64,000 bases of DNA from Chlorokybus atmophyticus. Lineage: Eukaryota; Plantae; Mesostigma and Chlorokybus algae. The notes beneath the pieces are model-generated. The model did no database searches and had not been told where the DNA came from. It worked only from the letters and a program-made list of their open reading frames with translations. A program made the translations under genes and the position numbers. Shown in pieces: positions 11,516 through 23,393 of this stretch. The number at the start of each line of letters is the position of its first letter. The stretch's first letter is position 1. The stretch is taken from NCBI GenBank assembly GCA_009103225.1, contig RHPI01003491.1, positions 26,601 through 90,600 on the forward strand, in the 5' to 3' direction.

Positions 11516-13524
11516 CCTCCCCTTGCAGTCGCATCCCGCTCCAGGCTATGTGCCCAACAATATCTGCATTTTAATAAGATATGTTTTAAGAAAGTACATG
11601 GGAAACACTATTTACCTCAGTTATATGACGAGTTAGAGCATGAAATGCAATCAACAGCATGCGCGCGTGGACTCGGAAGTGACAAGTGGAACACGTGCAT
11701 GCGCTTATGTGAAGTGCAGCAGAGTGCATGTGTGCGTATGTGTCCAAGCAAGAAGGGTGGATACCTGTATGCAAGTCAAGTGCATAGGACGATATGTGCG
11801 TTTACGCGTGTGTGCGCGCAATGTGCAACTGCGTGTGCATACCTATGTGCAGGCTCATTAATGTCTCCCGCAATGCTGAATATTGCCGCTACGTTGCCTT
11901 GCATATATAAGCTGTCAAGACTCTGCAAAGCGCGAGTTAACATAGCAAAAAGTAGGTAGCACCGGAATTCAATCAACGTAGCAGCGCAAGCAATGATGGC
12001 TCACAACATCCCGTTTGTACTCATGCTGTCACATGCGTGAATAACAACTTCACAATACAAGTACAACTCTTCCGGCTGTAAATACCCTTTGTTAGTTGAC
12101 ACATGGTAGAAGTGCGATAGCATTGCACCCTATCGTGCGCACAAGGAACAAATAGAATGTGCAATGGCACCGCTTAAGCAAAGTTTTTGCCGCATGTACA
12201 GCACTGAGTGACAAGTAATGTAAAGCAGGCACAGCAGCTGGGCATTACCTTGTCACCACACTCTAAACTCAAACATGTCGAGACTGTTACATGTTTTGCA
12301 CTTTGCTGACAATGACAAAGTGCGGAAAGTACACGGCCACACTTGATAAACGCACTGCACACCATGCCCACTACAGTGCAAAAGAGCTGTCACATCAGAG
12401 GCCAAAAGAACGGACACACAGCATGCGCACTGCTCAGCCAACAGCTGAACACCAGATGCACAGCACCAACCATGCCCCTCGCCCCGGTAGCGCCTGACCC
12501 AAGTGCATCTGCCTTAAGTAGAACGGTAAGCTTAACTTCAGCACTGAGCATGGTGTCTACAAGTGGCACTGTGGTACCTGCTGACACCAACATCACACAC
12601 GCAAGTGACAAAGCTTAAGTCACAGTGCAAGCCAACACAAAGGGGTTAGATCAACCTCATGCACACTTTACAAGTTTGACAGGCTGGTTGCCAACAAATA
12701 TGCCTTTCATGCTCCGTGAATGGTCACCTCGATGGTCCTGACGGCACAACATGCATGCGAAGCACGCTGCACGTGCATTTAAGCAGCGCATTGCATGCAG
12801 GTTGGAAGACATGTGGCACATGGCTTGCATAAGCTATGCATTCTACGCACGATAATGCACCTGTTGTTTGTACTGCACGGATTACGCATGCAATTGCTTC
12901 TGCGGGGTTCTCTCATCATTTTGAAAGCATGTTGTTGCCATCACGCGTTTTATATTGCTAGGTTGTTGCAAAGTTGTTGCTCATTGCCAGCAATGCACAC
13001 GAGCAAAGCGTACCAACAGCAGCTATAGCAACAGATTTCACCTCACCTCATCGGTAAAGTCATTCAGCTGCCAGCAAGCAGCTGGCCAGACGGTGGTCCA
13101 GGCGTGATAGCCTCAGCCTTTGCCGTAGTCAAGCTTGCTTTGGCAAACGTAGCACCTCGGCGCTGGCTCTCCCCATGGCTATGACGCCGCCACCGCCGCC
13201 GCCAAGAATGGCGAGCACTTCCATGCACTGTCAGTTGCCGCCCAACGCATTGACAGCTGGCATTATCAAGTGCGTCACCCCGGCACACTGCCGGCCCACA
13301 GCCGCGACCGGCAGTGCCGGTCGAATTTGCCGCAGATTGCCGGTGTCAGCTTCTCATTAACTAGCAGGTCCAGACTTGTTGTGCGGCCGTTGGATGGTAA
13401 GCTGGCAGATCTCGGCCTTTCGGTGTACGTACAGCCAGTCACTTAACCACGTGTAGTTCCTGATAAATACCTGTGTAATGGTCACGACAAACATGGTGCG
13501 AACGCGCGCGCACACACAAGACAC

Positions 13525-13700
13525 ATATACATATACTTATCCATATATATACATATACATATGCGTATATATACATGTATTTTAGTATATATACATATAT
13601 ACATGCACATAATCATATATATTATTCTACATACGTATATGAATCGCAACATGCATGCTATTAAGTGCACATGTATGCGCATCTATGCATATAAAGCCGA
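13525..13700. repeat. AT/ATAC-rich simple repeat (paralog about 43617-43830)
   Basis: Degenerate (AT)n/(ATAC)n tract read directly. Confidence 0.85.
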
Positions 13701-13852
13701 CCATTTTCCGTCACAATAACCTCAGGCAGATTATGCCATAAAGATTACCAATTTTGCGATGGGTGGCCAATTAATATCACGCTATCTGTACACACAGATT
13801 ATCATCGTTATAGATACCGTGCTTGGTGCTAACCCAATGGTTGTGCCTGAAG

Positions 13853-14520
13853 TGTAACAGTCGAGGCAAAGTTTCATGATATTAGGACCTTTTTTGGCCC
13901 ATTTATCAAGCACCACGCTTTTATGACTTGTGGCAGATATCGGCTAGTTATGAGTCAGCCGCGGATATCGACCGGGGCCCCAGGACCAGTCCGGAAGGCC
14001 AGAAAACGGAGGGCCAGTCGTGAAGGGCTTGACCAGATTTCTAGAAGGGCCTGGCGCCAAGTAGTATAACTTGACCATGTGAGCACCTAATCAAGAGATT
14101 TTTGGTGCTTAAGAAAGGTCTAGTAGTATACTACAAGGTTATGCAATAACATCTTAGCTTCTAGTTCCGTCTAGCGCTAGAATCGTCTAGACAATAGCAT
14201 GTGCAGACTGGTAGGTATAAAAGTGACATTCTACAATGTGCAATACAACCTTTGGCTCCCTAGTTTCTGGTGTGCAAGCTTGGTGGTGGTTAGCAGGGGT
14301 TGCTCGCATGTGCCCACTGGTATGTGCTTGCTTGTGTGACGATCCAAGGCGCTACACAAGTCGGTGTGTAGCTTCGAGCGCATGCGCGTGCGTACGCGAG
14401 TGGCGGGGCGCGCGTGTGTGCTTGGCAGAGGGGGCAAGGTTTCGGTGTGAACACCGTGTCTTGGTGAGAGGGTTGTTGATTGGACCAACTCACAGGTGAC
14501 AAGGCACGAGCACCGTCACA
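13853..14520 (+). mobile_element. Solo LTR of the chromovirus family, opposite orientation to the neighbouring element
   Basis: tgtaacag...caccgtcaca, the reverse complement of the LTRs at 14932, 16974 and 22351. Flanks TGAAG / TAAAG are a 4/5 TSD match. Confidence 0.9.
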
Positions 14521-17500
14521 TAAAGTGTCCAACATGTAGACAACATGCCGACGCCTTAATAAGCAATCAGACGCATATATATAATAAGGATATTGCAAGA
14601 TGAGTGTTCGTCGATGATCGCAACTTATAATGTTTGATATATAGATGCATCTATGCATAGCCTGTTATTTCAATACTTTCATCTGTGTATTGGACTTTTG
14701 TACCTTGAGATCAATATGTCCTTCGAAAGGGTCGGATGCACACTTACAACTGCATGCATAAAACAGATACAATGCACATATTCTCAGACAGTGCGTATTT
14801 TAGCGGATGCACATAGCAATGTTATATATGTAAATTTCAAAAGAATAGGTGACTAAAACACGTGTGTTAATTTGTAGTGGGAGGGTGCGGCTGCTCATGG
14901 TCACCTAACCCGGGGTGGACGAGAGGGCAGCTGTGACGGTGCTCGTGTCTTGTCACCTGTGAGTTGGTCCAATCAACAACCCTCTCACCAAGACACGGTA
15001 TTCACACCGGAACCTTGCCCCCTCTGCCAAGCACACACGCGCGCCCCGCCACTCGCGTACGCATGCGCATGCGTTCCAAGCTACACGCCGACTTGTGTAG
15101 CGCCTTGGATCGTCACAAGCAAGCATATACCAGTGGGCACGCGCTAGCAACCCCTGCTGACCACCACCAAGCTTGCACACCAAAAACTAGGGAGCTAAAG
15201 GCTGTATTGCAAATTGTAGAATGTCACTTTTATACCTACCAGTCTGCACATGCTACTGTCTAGACGATTCTAGCGCTAAACGGAACTAGAAGCTAAGATA
15301 TTCTTGCAGACTCTTGTAGTACACTTTTAAAACTTTCCAACGCACCAAAGATCTCCTCATTTGCTGCTCATATGGTCAAGTTATACTACTTGGCGCCAGG
15401 CCCTTCCAGAAATCTGGTCGAGCCCTTCTCGACTGGCCCTCCGTTTTCTGGCCTTCCGGACTGGTCCTGGGGCCCCGGTCGGTATCCGCGGCAGACTCAT
15501 AACTAGCCGATATCCGCCACAAGTCATGAAAACATGATACCTCACAAATAAGGCCTAAAATGGCCATGAAAATCACGAAATTTGGCCTTGACCGTTACAC
15601 TCCTTCCCCCCTAGGTGAGCTTCGTCCTCTCGAAGCTCGCGAGGTTGGCGTCGAGCAAGATAGTCACGCACAACGTCTCGAGCATTAGCCAAGTGTGCCT
15701 CTGGCTCCTAGGTTGCTTCATGCAATGGATAGCCCTTCCATTGCACTAAGAACTTGCGCATGCCATGCACAAACTTCTCACCAAGGATGTCTTCTACCTC
15801 CCACTCTAGTTCACCATCCGTGCCAACTTCGGGGGGCGGTCTTTCTGGCGGTTGTCCTCAATATGCCTTTAGAAGGGAGACGTGAAAAACGGGGTGCACA
15901 CGCATGTCGGGTAGCTCCAGCTTGTACGCCACGTCCGAAATAATTTTGCTGACCTTAAATGGTCCCATTCAGCGTTCATTCAGCTTGCGAACTCCCGTAC
16001 GCACCTGTACATGCTTTGCGGAGAGTAACACAATGTCGCCTTCTTGAAATGTGAGGTGTCGGCGATGCGCGTCCGCGTACTGCTTCTGCCGATTTTGTGC
16101 CACCAATAGCGCCTCCCTAGCTGCCTTATTAATGTCCGCGCACTTTGTGAGGAAGTCATAGCTGCCTCCACACGCACTTCATGTCGCCGCGGTGTCCATG
16201 CTGTCAACGGGGTCAATGGATGTTGCCCGTAGTTCATAAGGAAGGGAGTGACACCTGTGCTTGCATTACGGTTGTTGATCGCAAACTCCACCAACTCAAG
16301 CAGCTCCGCCAAATTGTTTTGTCGCGCATTAACGTAGCAACGCAGCATGTCCTCGATCACACGGTTGGCCCGTTCCGTTTGCCCATCAGTTTGCGGGTGG
16401 CATGCCGTGCTAAACTTCAGCGTGGTACCTAGTGCACTATGCAGCGCCTCCCAAAACTTACTTGTAAAGCGCGGGTCGTGATCACTTACAATGCTTTGTG
16501 ATAATCCATGTGAACGAAACACATTCTTCACGAACAAGCGTGCTGCCTCCGGTGCCGTGCAAGACTCACCACACGGTGCCAAGCGTACCATTTTGCTGGT
16601 TTTGTCAGCAAACACAAGTATAGCGTCGTACCCTTCTTTTGTCTTTGGTAGCCCCGTAATAAAGTCCATGGTAACTTGCTCCCACTTGGACAATGGCACA
16701 GGGAGGTTGCAGCAACTTGCTTGGCTTTTAGTTGCTTGCCTTCACCCTTTGGCATGCGTCGCACAACGCCACGTAGTCGCGCACATCGCGATGCATCTCT
16801 CGCCAATAAAAAAGCTGCTTCAAGCTTGCCAAAGTCCTCTGTAACCATTGGTGACCAGCAATGGGCACGTCATGAACTTCTTGCAGCAACTTCACACACC
16901 ATAGCCACAGTAGTCCCAAAATCCCGTCGAACCCGTTCCGTAGGGTGATGCAGCAAAATCGCATGTTCACCTTTGTGACGGTGCTCGTGCCTTGTCACCT
17001 TTGAGTTGGTCCAATCCACAACCCTCTCACCAAGACACGGTATTCACACCGGAACCTTGCCCCCTCTGCCAAGCACACACGCGCGCCCCGCCACTCGCGT
17101 ACGCACGCGCATGCGCTCGAAGCTACACACCGACTTGTGTAGCGCCTTGGATCGTCACACAAGCAAGCACACACCGGTGGGCACACGCTAGCAACCCCTG
17201 CTAACCACCACCAAGCTTGCACACCAGAAACTAGGGAGCTAAACGTTGTATTGCAAGTTGTAGAATGTCACTTTTATACCTACCAGTCTGCACATGCTAC
17301 TGTCTAGACGATTCTAGCGCTAGACGGAACTAGAAGCTAAGATATTCTTGCAGAATCTTGTAGTACACTTCTAGACCTTTCCAACGCACCAAAGATCTCC
17401 TAGTTTGCTGCTCATATGGTCAAGTTATACTACTTGGCGCCAGGCCCTTCCAGAAATCTGGTCGAGCCCTTCTCGACTGGCCCTCCGTTTTCTGGCACCT

Positions 17501-17640
17501 TCCGGACTGGTCTTGGGGCCCCGGTCGATATCCGCGGCAGACTCATAACTCGCCGATATCCGCCACAAGTCATTAAAAACATGTACCTTACAAATAAGGC
17601 CTAAAACGGCCATGAAAATCACAGAATTTGGCCTTGACTG

Positions 17641-20600
17641 TTACACTCCTCCCCCCCCAGGTGAGCTTCGTCCTCGAAGCTCGCGAGGTTGTCGTCGAGC
17701 AAGATAGGCACGCACAACGTCTTGAGCATTAGTCAAGTGTGCCTCTGGCTCCCAGGATGCTTCATGCAACGGATAGCCCTTCCATTTCACTAAGAACTTG
17801 CGTACGCCATGCACAAACTTCTCACCAAGGATGTCTTCTACCTCCCACTCGGGTTCACCGTCCGTGCCAACTTCGGGGGGTGGCCTTTCTGGCGGTTGTC
17901 CTCGATATGCTTTCAGAAGGGAGACGTGAAAAACGGGGTGCACACGCATGGTGTCGGGTAGCTCCAACTTGTACGCCACGTCCGAGATAACTTTGCTGAC
18001 CTTAAATGGTCCCAACCAGCGTTCATTCAGCTTGCGAACTCCCGTACGCACCTGGACGTGCTTCGCGGAGAGTAACACAATGTCGCCTTCCTGAAACGTG
18101 AGGTGTCGGCGATGCGCGTCCGCGTACTGCTTCTGCCGATTTTGTGCCACCAATAACGCATCCCTAGCTGCCTTGTTAATGTCCGCGCACTTTGTAAGGA
18201 AGTCATTAGCTGCCTCCACACGCACGTCATGTCGTCGCGGTGTCCATGCCGTCAACGGTGTCAATGGATGTTGCCCGTAGTTCATAAGGAAGGGAGTGAC
18301 ACCTGTGCTTGCATTGTGGTGGTTGTTGATCGCAAACTCAACCAACTCAAGCAGCTCCTCCCAATTGTCTTGTCGCGCGTTAACGTAGCAACGCAGCATG
18401 TCCTCGATCACACGGTTGGCCCGCTCCGTTTGCCCATCAGTTTGCGGGTGGAATGCCGTGCTAAACTTCAGTGTGGTACCCAGTGCACTATGCAGCGCCT
18501 CCCAAAACTTACTTGTAAAGCGCGGGTCGCGATCACTCACAATGCTTCGTGGTAATCCATGAGAACGAAATACATGCTTCACGAACAAGCGTGCTGCCTC
18601 CGGTGCCGTGCAAGACTCACTACACGGTGCCAAGCGTACCATTTTGCTGGTTTTATCGACGAACACAAGTATAGCGTCGTACCCTTCTTTTGTCTTTGGT
18701 AGCCCCGTGATAAAGTCCATGGTAACTTGCTCCCACTTGGACAATGGCACAGGGAGAGGTTGCAGCAACCCACCTGGCTTTTGGTTGCTTGCCTTCACCC
18801 TTTGGCATGCGTCGCACAACGCCACGTAGTCGCGCACATCGCGATGCATCTCTCGCCAGTAAAAACGCTGTTTTAAGCTTGCCAAAGTCCTTTCCAACCC
18901 TTGGTGACCAGCAATGGGCACGTCATGAGCTTCCTTCAGCAACTTCACACGGATATGCGCGACGTTGGGGATGTACAAGCGCCCATGGTGCCACAGCAGC
19001 CCGTCGCGCATTGACCAGTGCCCACTTGTGTCCGTAGCTGTATTTTCCAGCTCTTGCAACACTTTCATACCCTCCGTGTCTTCACGAAGCACTTGCCGAA
19101 TCTGGTCGGTCCACTCGGGCTGCACTTGAGCGAGTGCCTCAATTGCATTAAGCCGGCTCAGCGCGTCAGCAACACCATTTGACGTACCGGGCTTGTACTT
19201 GATATCGAAGTCAAAAAGTTGAAAGAACTCAAGCCATCGAGCTTGTCTGCGACTCAGATGAGGTTGTGTTTGTAAGTACCTCAGTGGAGAGTGATCCGTC
19301 TCAAGCACGAACTTTTTGCCTTCCAGAAAACAACGCCATTGTCGTAGCGCCATGACTTGCGCTAAAAGTTCCTTCTCGTGCACGGGGTAATTCAGCTCCG
19401 CACCACTCATCTTCTTGCTGAAGAATGCTACTGGTTGAAGGCCGTTGCCATGGTCTTGCTGCAAAACAGCTCCTACGGCTGTGTCGGACGCGTCGCAAGC
19501 CAAAATAAATGTCTTTTCCATGTTGGGGTGAGCCAGGACTGGTGCCTCCGTCAGCGCCTTCTTCAACGCAGCAAATGCATGTTCCTCTGTTGCTGACCAG
19601 CTCCAATGCTTTCCCTTCTTGAGTAGGGTAGTCAAGGGAGCAGCTATGCGCGAAAACCCCATGATAAACTTGCGATAATACCCCGCAAGGCCTAAAAAGG
19701 ACATCACCTCCTTTACATTGGTCGGGGCAGCCCACTCGCGCACCACCTGCACTTTGTTGGGGTCCGGCTTGATGCCTTCATGCGACACAATGTGGCCTAG
19801 GTACTCCACCTCTCGAAGCAAGAATTTGCACTTCTGTAGCTGGGCGTACAACTTGTGTTCGCGCAAACGCTGCAACACGCGCCGTAGAAGTGCCACGTGC
19901 TCCTCCTTTGTTGTCGCGTACACCAAAATGTCGTCGAGGTACACGAGGACTCCCTTACCAATCAAGTCAGCAAAAACGCTGTTCATAAGCGTTTGAAATG
20001 TTGCCGGTGCGTTCGTAAGTCCGAAGGACATGACCAACCACTCGTAGTGCCCATAACGTGTGTTAAAAGCTGTTTTCTCCACATCCTCGGGCGCGATGCG
20101 AATTTGGTGATAACCTCCAGCAAGATCAAGTGTTGTGAAGTACTGCGCACCTTGCAATTGCTCCAGCAACTCGTCGATACGTGGGAGTGGAAAGCAATTC
20201 CTCTTCGTGATGTTGTTGAGAGCTCGGTAGTCGACGCACATGCGCAAGCTCCCGTTCTTCTTTCGTACAAACAAAATAGGTGCACCATAGGGGGACTTAC
20301 TAGGCCTGATGTAGCCTCTTTTCAGCAAGTCCGCCACCTGCCTCTCGGCCTCTTCCAGTTCCAAAGGTGACAACTTGTATACGGGTCGATACGGTGGCTT
20401 GTGCACGCCCTCAATCAGCTCCACACGGTGGTCTACGCTCCGTGGAGGTGGTAGACCAGATGGAAGTCCGTCCACCATGATATCTTGGTATTCTTTAACA
20501 AGTTTACACACCTCGGGGTCCATAGTAGCCGTCTGAACATCGTCACTCAGCTCCGGTGCTGACTTTGCAGTGTTTTCGCGCACCACGCACAACCATGCAG

Positions 20601-21174
20601 CCTTTGCCTTCCGTGGAGACAATAACTTCCTCAATTGCACATAAGAGATCTGGGCAATTGTCGTACCACCTAATTGTGCGTGCCGCGCCTCGATGACGTC
20701 CGATGCAGCTTGAATGGACTCTCCACCGTTTCGCTCGATGGTGAGCACGCGCTTCCTCCAATTGATGGCTGGATTATGTTGCCATAGCCACGGTAGTCCC
20801 AAAATCCCATCAAACCCGTTCCGTAGGGTGATGCAGCAAAATCGCATGCTCTCCTTCATCTTCCCAATGCGAACGCACAACTCTTTGGTCATAAACGCAG
20901 CGCCATCACCTCCAGAGGGTGGCTCTCCATCAGCGAGCTTCACTTCACCTCCTCGTAATGACGAAAGCCAACCGTAACGCCGCGCGATATCAATACTCAT
21001 GAAGTTGCTGTTGGCACCGCTATCAATCATGAGCTTACACTCTCTCCATCGTCCTTGGTCATCGCAAATGTGTGCTCGAAGCCCGAAGTACTTTGTTGTC
21101 TCCTCTTTTGCATAACTCACCACCATTGGCGCGTTCAAAGCCATCTCCTCTTGCTTCTTTAATGGAAATGTCAC
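17641..21174 (-). CDS. pol: Pol polyprotein: protease, RT, RNase H, integrase, chromodomain
   Basis: 1177-aa ORF with LMIDSGA, RMCVDYRALN, YLDD, ACDASD, HDVPIAGH...CDACQ, MDFITGLP, DRDPRFTS, DGQTERANR and WEVEDIL...FLVKWKGYPLHEASWEP. Confidence 0.97.
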   Translation of the reverse strand: MTFPLKKQEEMALNAPMVVSYAKEETTKYFGLRAHICDDQGRWRECKLMIDSGANSNFMSIDIARRYGWLSSLRGGEVKLADGEPPSGGDGAAFMTKELCVRIGKMKESMRFCCITLRNGFDGILGLPWLWQHNPAINWRKRVLTIERNGGESIQAASDVIEARHAQLGGTTIAQISYVQLRKLLSPRKAKAAWLCVVRENTAKSAPELSDDVQTATMDPEVCKLVKEYQDIMVDGLPSGLPPPRSVDHRVELIEGVHKPPYRPVYKLSPLELEEAERQVADLLKRGYIRPSKSPYGAPILFVRKKNGSLRMCVDYRALNNITKRNCFPLPRIDELLEQLQGAQYFTTLDLAGGYHQIRIAPEDVEKTAFNTRYGHYEWLVMSFGLTNAPATFQTLMNSVFADLIGKGVLVYLDDILVYATTKEEHVALLRRVLQRLREHKLYAQLQKCKFLLREVEYLGHIVSHEGIKPDPNKVQVVREWAAPTNVKEVMSFLGLAGYYRKFIMGFSRIAAPLTTLLKKGKHWSWSATEEHAFAALKKALTEAPVLAHPNMEKTFILACDASDTAVGAVLQQDHGNGLQPVAFFSKKMSGAELNYPVHEKELLAQVMALRQWRCFLEGKKFVLETDHSPLRYLQTQPHLSRRQARWLEFFQLFDFDIKYKPGTSNGVADALSRLNAIEALAQVQPEWTDQIRQVLREDTEGMKVLQELENTATDTSGHWSMRDGLLWHHGRLYIPNVAHIRVKLLKEAHDVPIAGHQGLERTLASLKQRFYWREMHRDVRDYVALCDACQRVKASNQKPGGLLQPLPVPLSKWEQVTMDFITGLPKTKEGYDAILVFVDKTSKMVRLAPCSESCTAPEAARLFVKHVFRSHGLPRSIVSDRDPRFTSKFWEALHSALGTTLKFSTAFHPQTDGQTERANRVIEDMLRCYVNARQDNWEELLELVEFAINNHHNASTGVTPFLMNYGQHPLTPLTAWTPRRHDVRVEAANDFLTKCADINKAARDALLVAQNRQKQYADAHRRHLTFQEGDIVLLSAKHVQVRTGVRKLNERWLGPFKVSKVISDVAYKLELPDTMRVHPVFHVSLLKAYRGQPPERPPPEVGTDGEPEWEVEDILGEKFVHGVRKFLVKWKGYPLHEASWEPEAHLTNAQDVVRAYLARRQPRELRGRSSPGGGGV

Positions 21175-21227
21175 AGCATCCGTCCGTGCATGAGGCTCCT
21201 TCCTATCCCCAGCAGTAGCCTCCTCAC

Positions 21228-22307
21228 CTACTGGGGGAAGTCGTTTTCCTGCTCCACGCCATTTTGCTCCATGGTGTTGACGCGACGATCACGGCGAGGG
21301 TTGCCATCCGGTGTTGGCCTTTGCGTGCTTCGTTTGGGGCATCCGTACGCCAAATGCTCCGTCGACCCACACGCATAACACTTGCGCACACCTTTACCTC
21401 TTTCACCACGTCCGCCGTGCTTCGCCTCACTTCCATGCGTGTGTATGGCACCCACCTCCATTGGTGCAGGCCCAGAGTCAGCTCCACCTCCATTGGCAAG
21501 TGCTGAACTTGGTTCTCCTCGTCTCCATGCATGTTGAAAGCCTCCCCGGGGCTGATCACCATGCCTTTGCCTCCAGTCAGTGTTTCTTGTGGTGGACTTG
21601 AAGTACAACGCGTCGAGACGCTCCGCGAAGCGTATAGCCTCCGCGAGTGTCTTCGGGTCCTGTAGCTCCACTTCTTTACGCCCCAAAGGTTTTAAACCAC
21701 GTGTATACCTGTCCAACTGCTCCTCCTCGGTCATATTGGGTATGGACATCACCAATCGCTGAAACGCGGCCGTGTACGCCATCACCGACCCCATTTGCAC
21801 AAGGGCTGCAAGTTTGTCGCGTGCGGCCTTCACGCTCTCAACGGGAACAAATTGATGCCTGACCTCCAGTGCCAACTCTTCCATGGTGGTCAATGGTAGC
21901 GCCAACCCGTTTGCAACACGCGTACATCGATGCCTCCACCACACAAGTGCTGCACCTTCAAGCAATGTCGCTGCAACCTCCACGTGCAGATGCGTGGGCA
22001 CCTCCGTGAGCTTCAACCAAGACGATACTTGAAAAATCCATTCATCCACTGCATCTCCATCACGTTGACCCCTGAATGGCTTGGGCTTTGGCACCTTCAC
22101 ATGCACGCGCGAGCTTGATGCCATGGGAATTTGTACACGCGCCATCGCATGCTCATACGCCTCGCGTTGTGCTTGTGCCGCCGCTTGAGTGTGATGAAGC
22201 TCTTCTCTCAGTGCCAAGATGGCAGCTTGAAGCTCTTCCATGCGAGCATCCTCCATCTCCACTAACACACTACACTCCGCTTCCGAATGAAAAGTGTAAA
22301 CGCCCAC
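21228..22307 (-). CDS. gag: Gag (retrotransposon gag domain plus CCHC knuckle); probable ATG at 22256
   Basis: 359-aa ORF with PKPFRGQRDGDAVDEW, ALVWW and CYACGSTEHLAYGC. Confidence 0.93.
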   Translation of the reverse strand: MGVYTFHSEAECSVLVEMEDARMEELQAAILALREELHHTQAAAQAQREAYEHAMARVQIPMASSSRVHVKVPKPKPFRGQRDGDAVDEWIFQVSSWLKLTEVPTHLHVEVAATLLEGAALVWWRHRCTRVANGLALPLTTMEELALEVRHQFVPVESVKAARDKLAALVQMGSVMAYTAAFQRLVMSIPNMTEEEQLDRYTRGLKPLGRKEVELQDPKTLAEAIRFAERLDALYFKSTTRNTDWRQRHGDQPRGGFQHAWRRGEPSSALANGGGADSGPAPMEVGAIHTHGSEAKHGGRGERGKGVRKCYACGSTEHLAYGCPKRSTQRPTPDGNPRRDRRVNTMEQNGVEQENDFPQ

Positions 22308-23393
22308 ACACTTCCTCTCTCACCTTCGTAAACCGTGCTCCGATACCAGTTGTGACGGTGCTCGTGCCTTGTCACCTGTGAGTTGGTCCAATCCACAACC
22401 CTCTCACCAAGACACGGTATTCACACCGGAACCTTGCCCCCTCTGCCAAGCACACACGCGCGCCCCGCCACTCGCGTACGCACGCGCATGCGCTCGAAGC
22501 TACACACCGACTTGTGTAGCGCCTTGGATCGTCACACAAGCAAGCACACACCGGTGGGCACACGCTAGCAACCCCTGCTAACCACCACCAAGCTTGCACA
22601 CCAGAAACTAGGGAGCTAAAGGTTGTATTGCAAGTTGTAGAATGTCACTTTTATACCTACCAGTCTGCACATGCTACTGTCTAGACGATTCTAGCGCTAG
22701 ACGGAACTAGAAGCTAAGATATTCTTGCAGAATCTTGTAGTACACTTCTAGACCTTTCCAACGCACCAAAGATCTCCTAATTTGCTGCTCATATGGTCAA
22801 GTTATACTACTTGGCGCCAGGCCCTTCCAGAAATCTGGTCGAGCCCTTCTCGACTGGCCCTCCGTTTTCTGGCACCTTCCGGACTGGTCTTGGGGCCCCG
22901 GTCGATATCCGCGGCAGACTCATAACTCGCCGATATCCGCCACAAGTCATTAAAAACATGTACCTTACAAATAAGGCCTAAAACGGCCATGAAAATCACA
23001 GAATTTGGCCTTGACTGTTACAACCTTTATCTTTCCAATGCGAACGCACAACTCTTTGGTCATTAACGCAATGCCATTACCTCCAGAGGGTGGCCATCAG
23101 CGAGCTTCACTTCACCTCCTCGTACTAACAAAAGCCAACCGTAACGCCGTGCAATATCAATACTCATAAAGTGCTGTTGGCACCGCTATCAATCATGAGC
23201 TTACACTCTCTCCATCGACCTTGGTCATCGCAATTGTGTGCTCGAAGCCCGAAGTACTTTGTTGTCTCCTCTTTTGCATAACTTACTACCGTTGGCGCGT
23301 TCATAGCCATCTTCTCTTGCTTCCTTGATGGAAATGTCACAGCATCCGTTCGTGCATGAGGCTCCTTCCTATCCCCAACAGTAGCCTCCTCAC

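Larger units (their letters stand above)
16974..23022 (-). mobile_element. Young full-length Ty3/Gypsy chromovirus LTR retrotransposon
   Basis: 672-bp LTRs 16974-17645 and 22351-23022 (three mismatches by eye). TSD ACCTT at 16969-16973 and 23023-23027. PBS TGGTATCGGAGC at 22337-22348 (iMet-tRNA type), PPT 17646-17658, open gag and pol. Confidence 0.97.
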
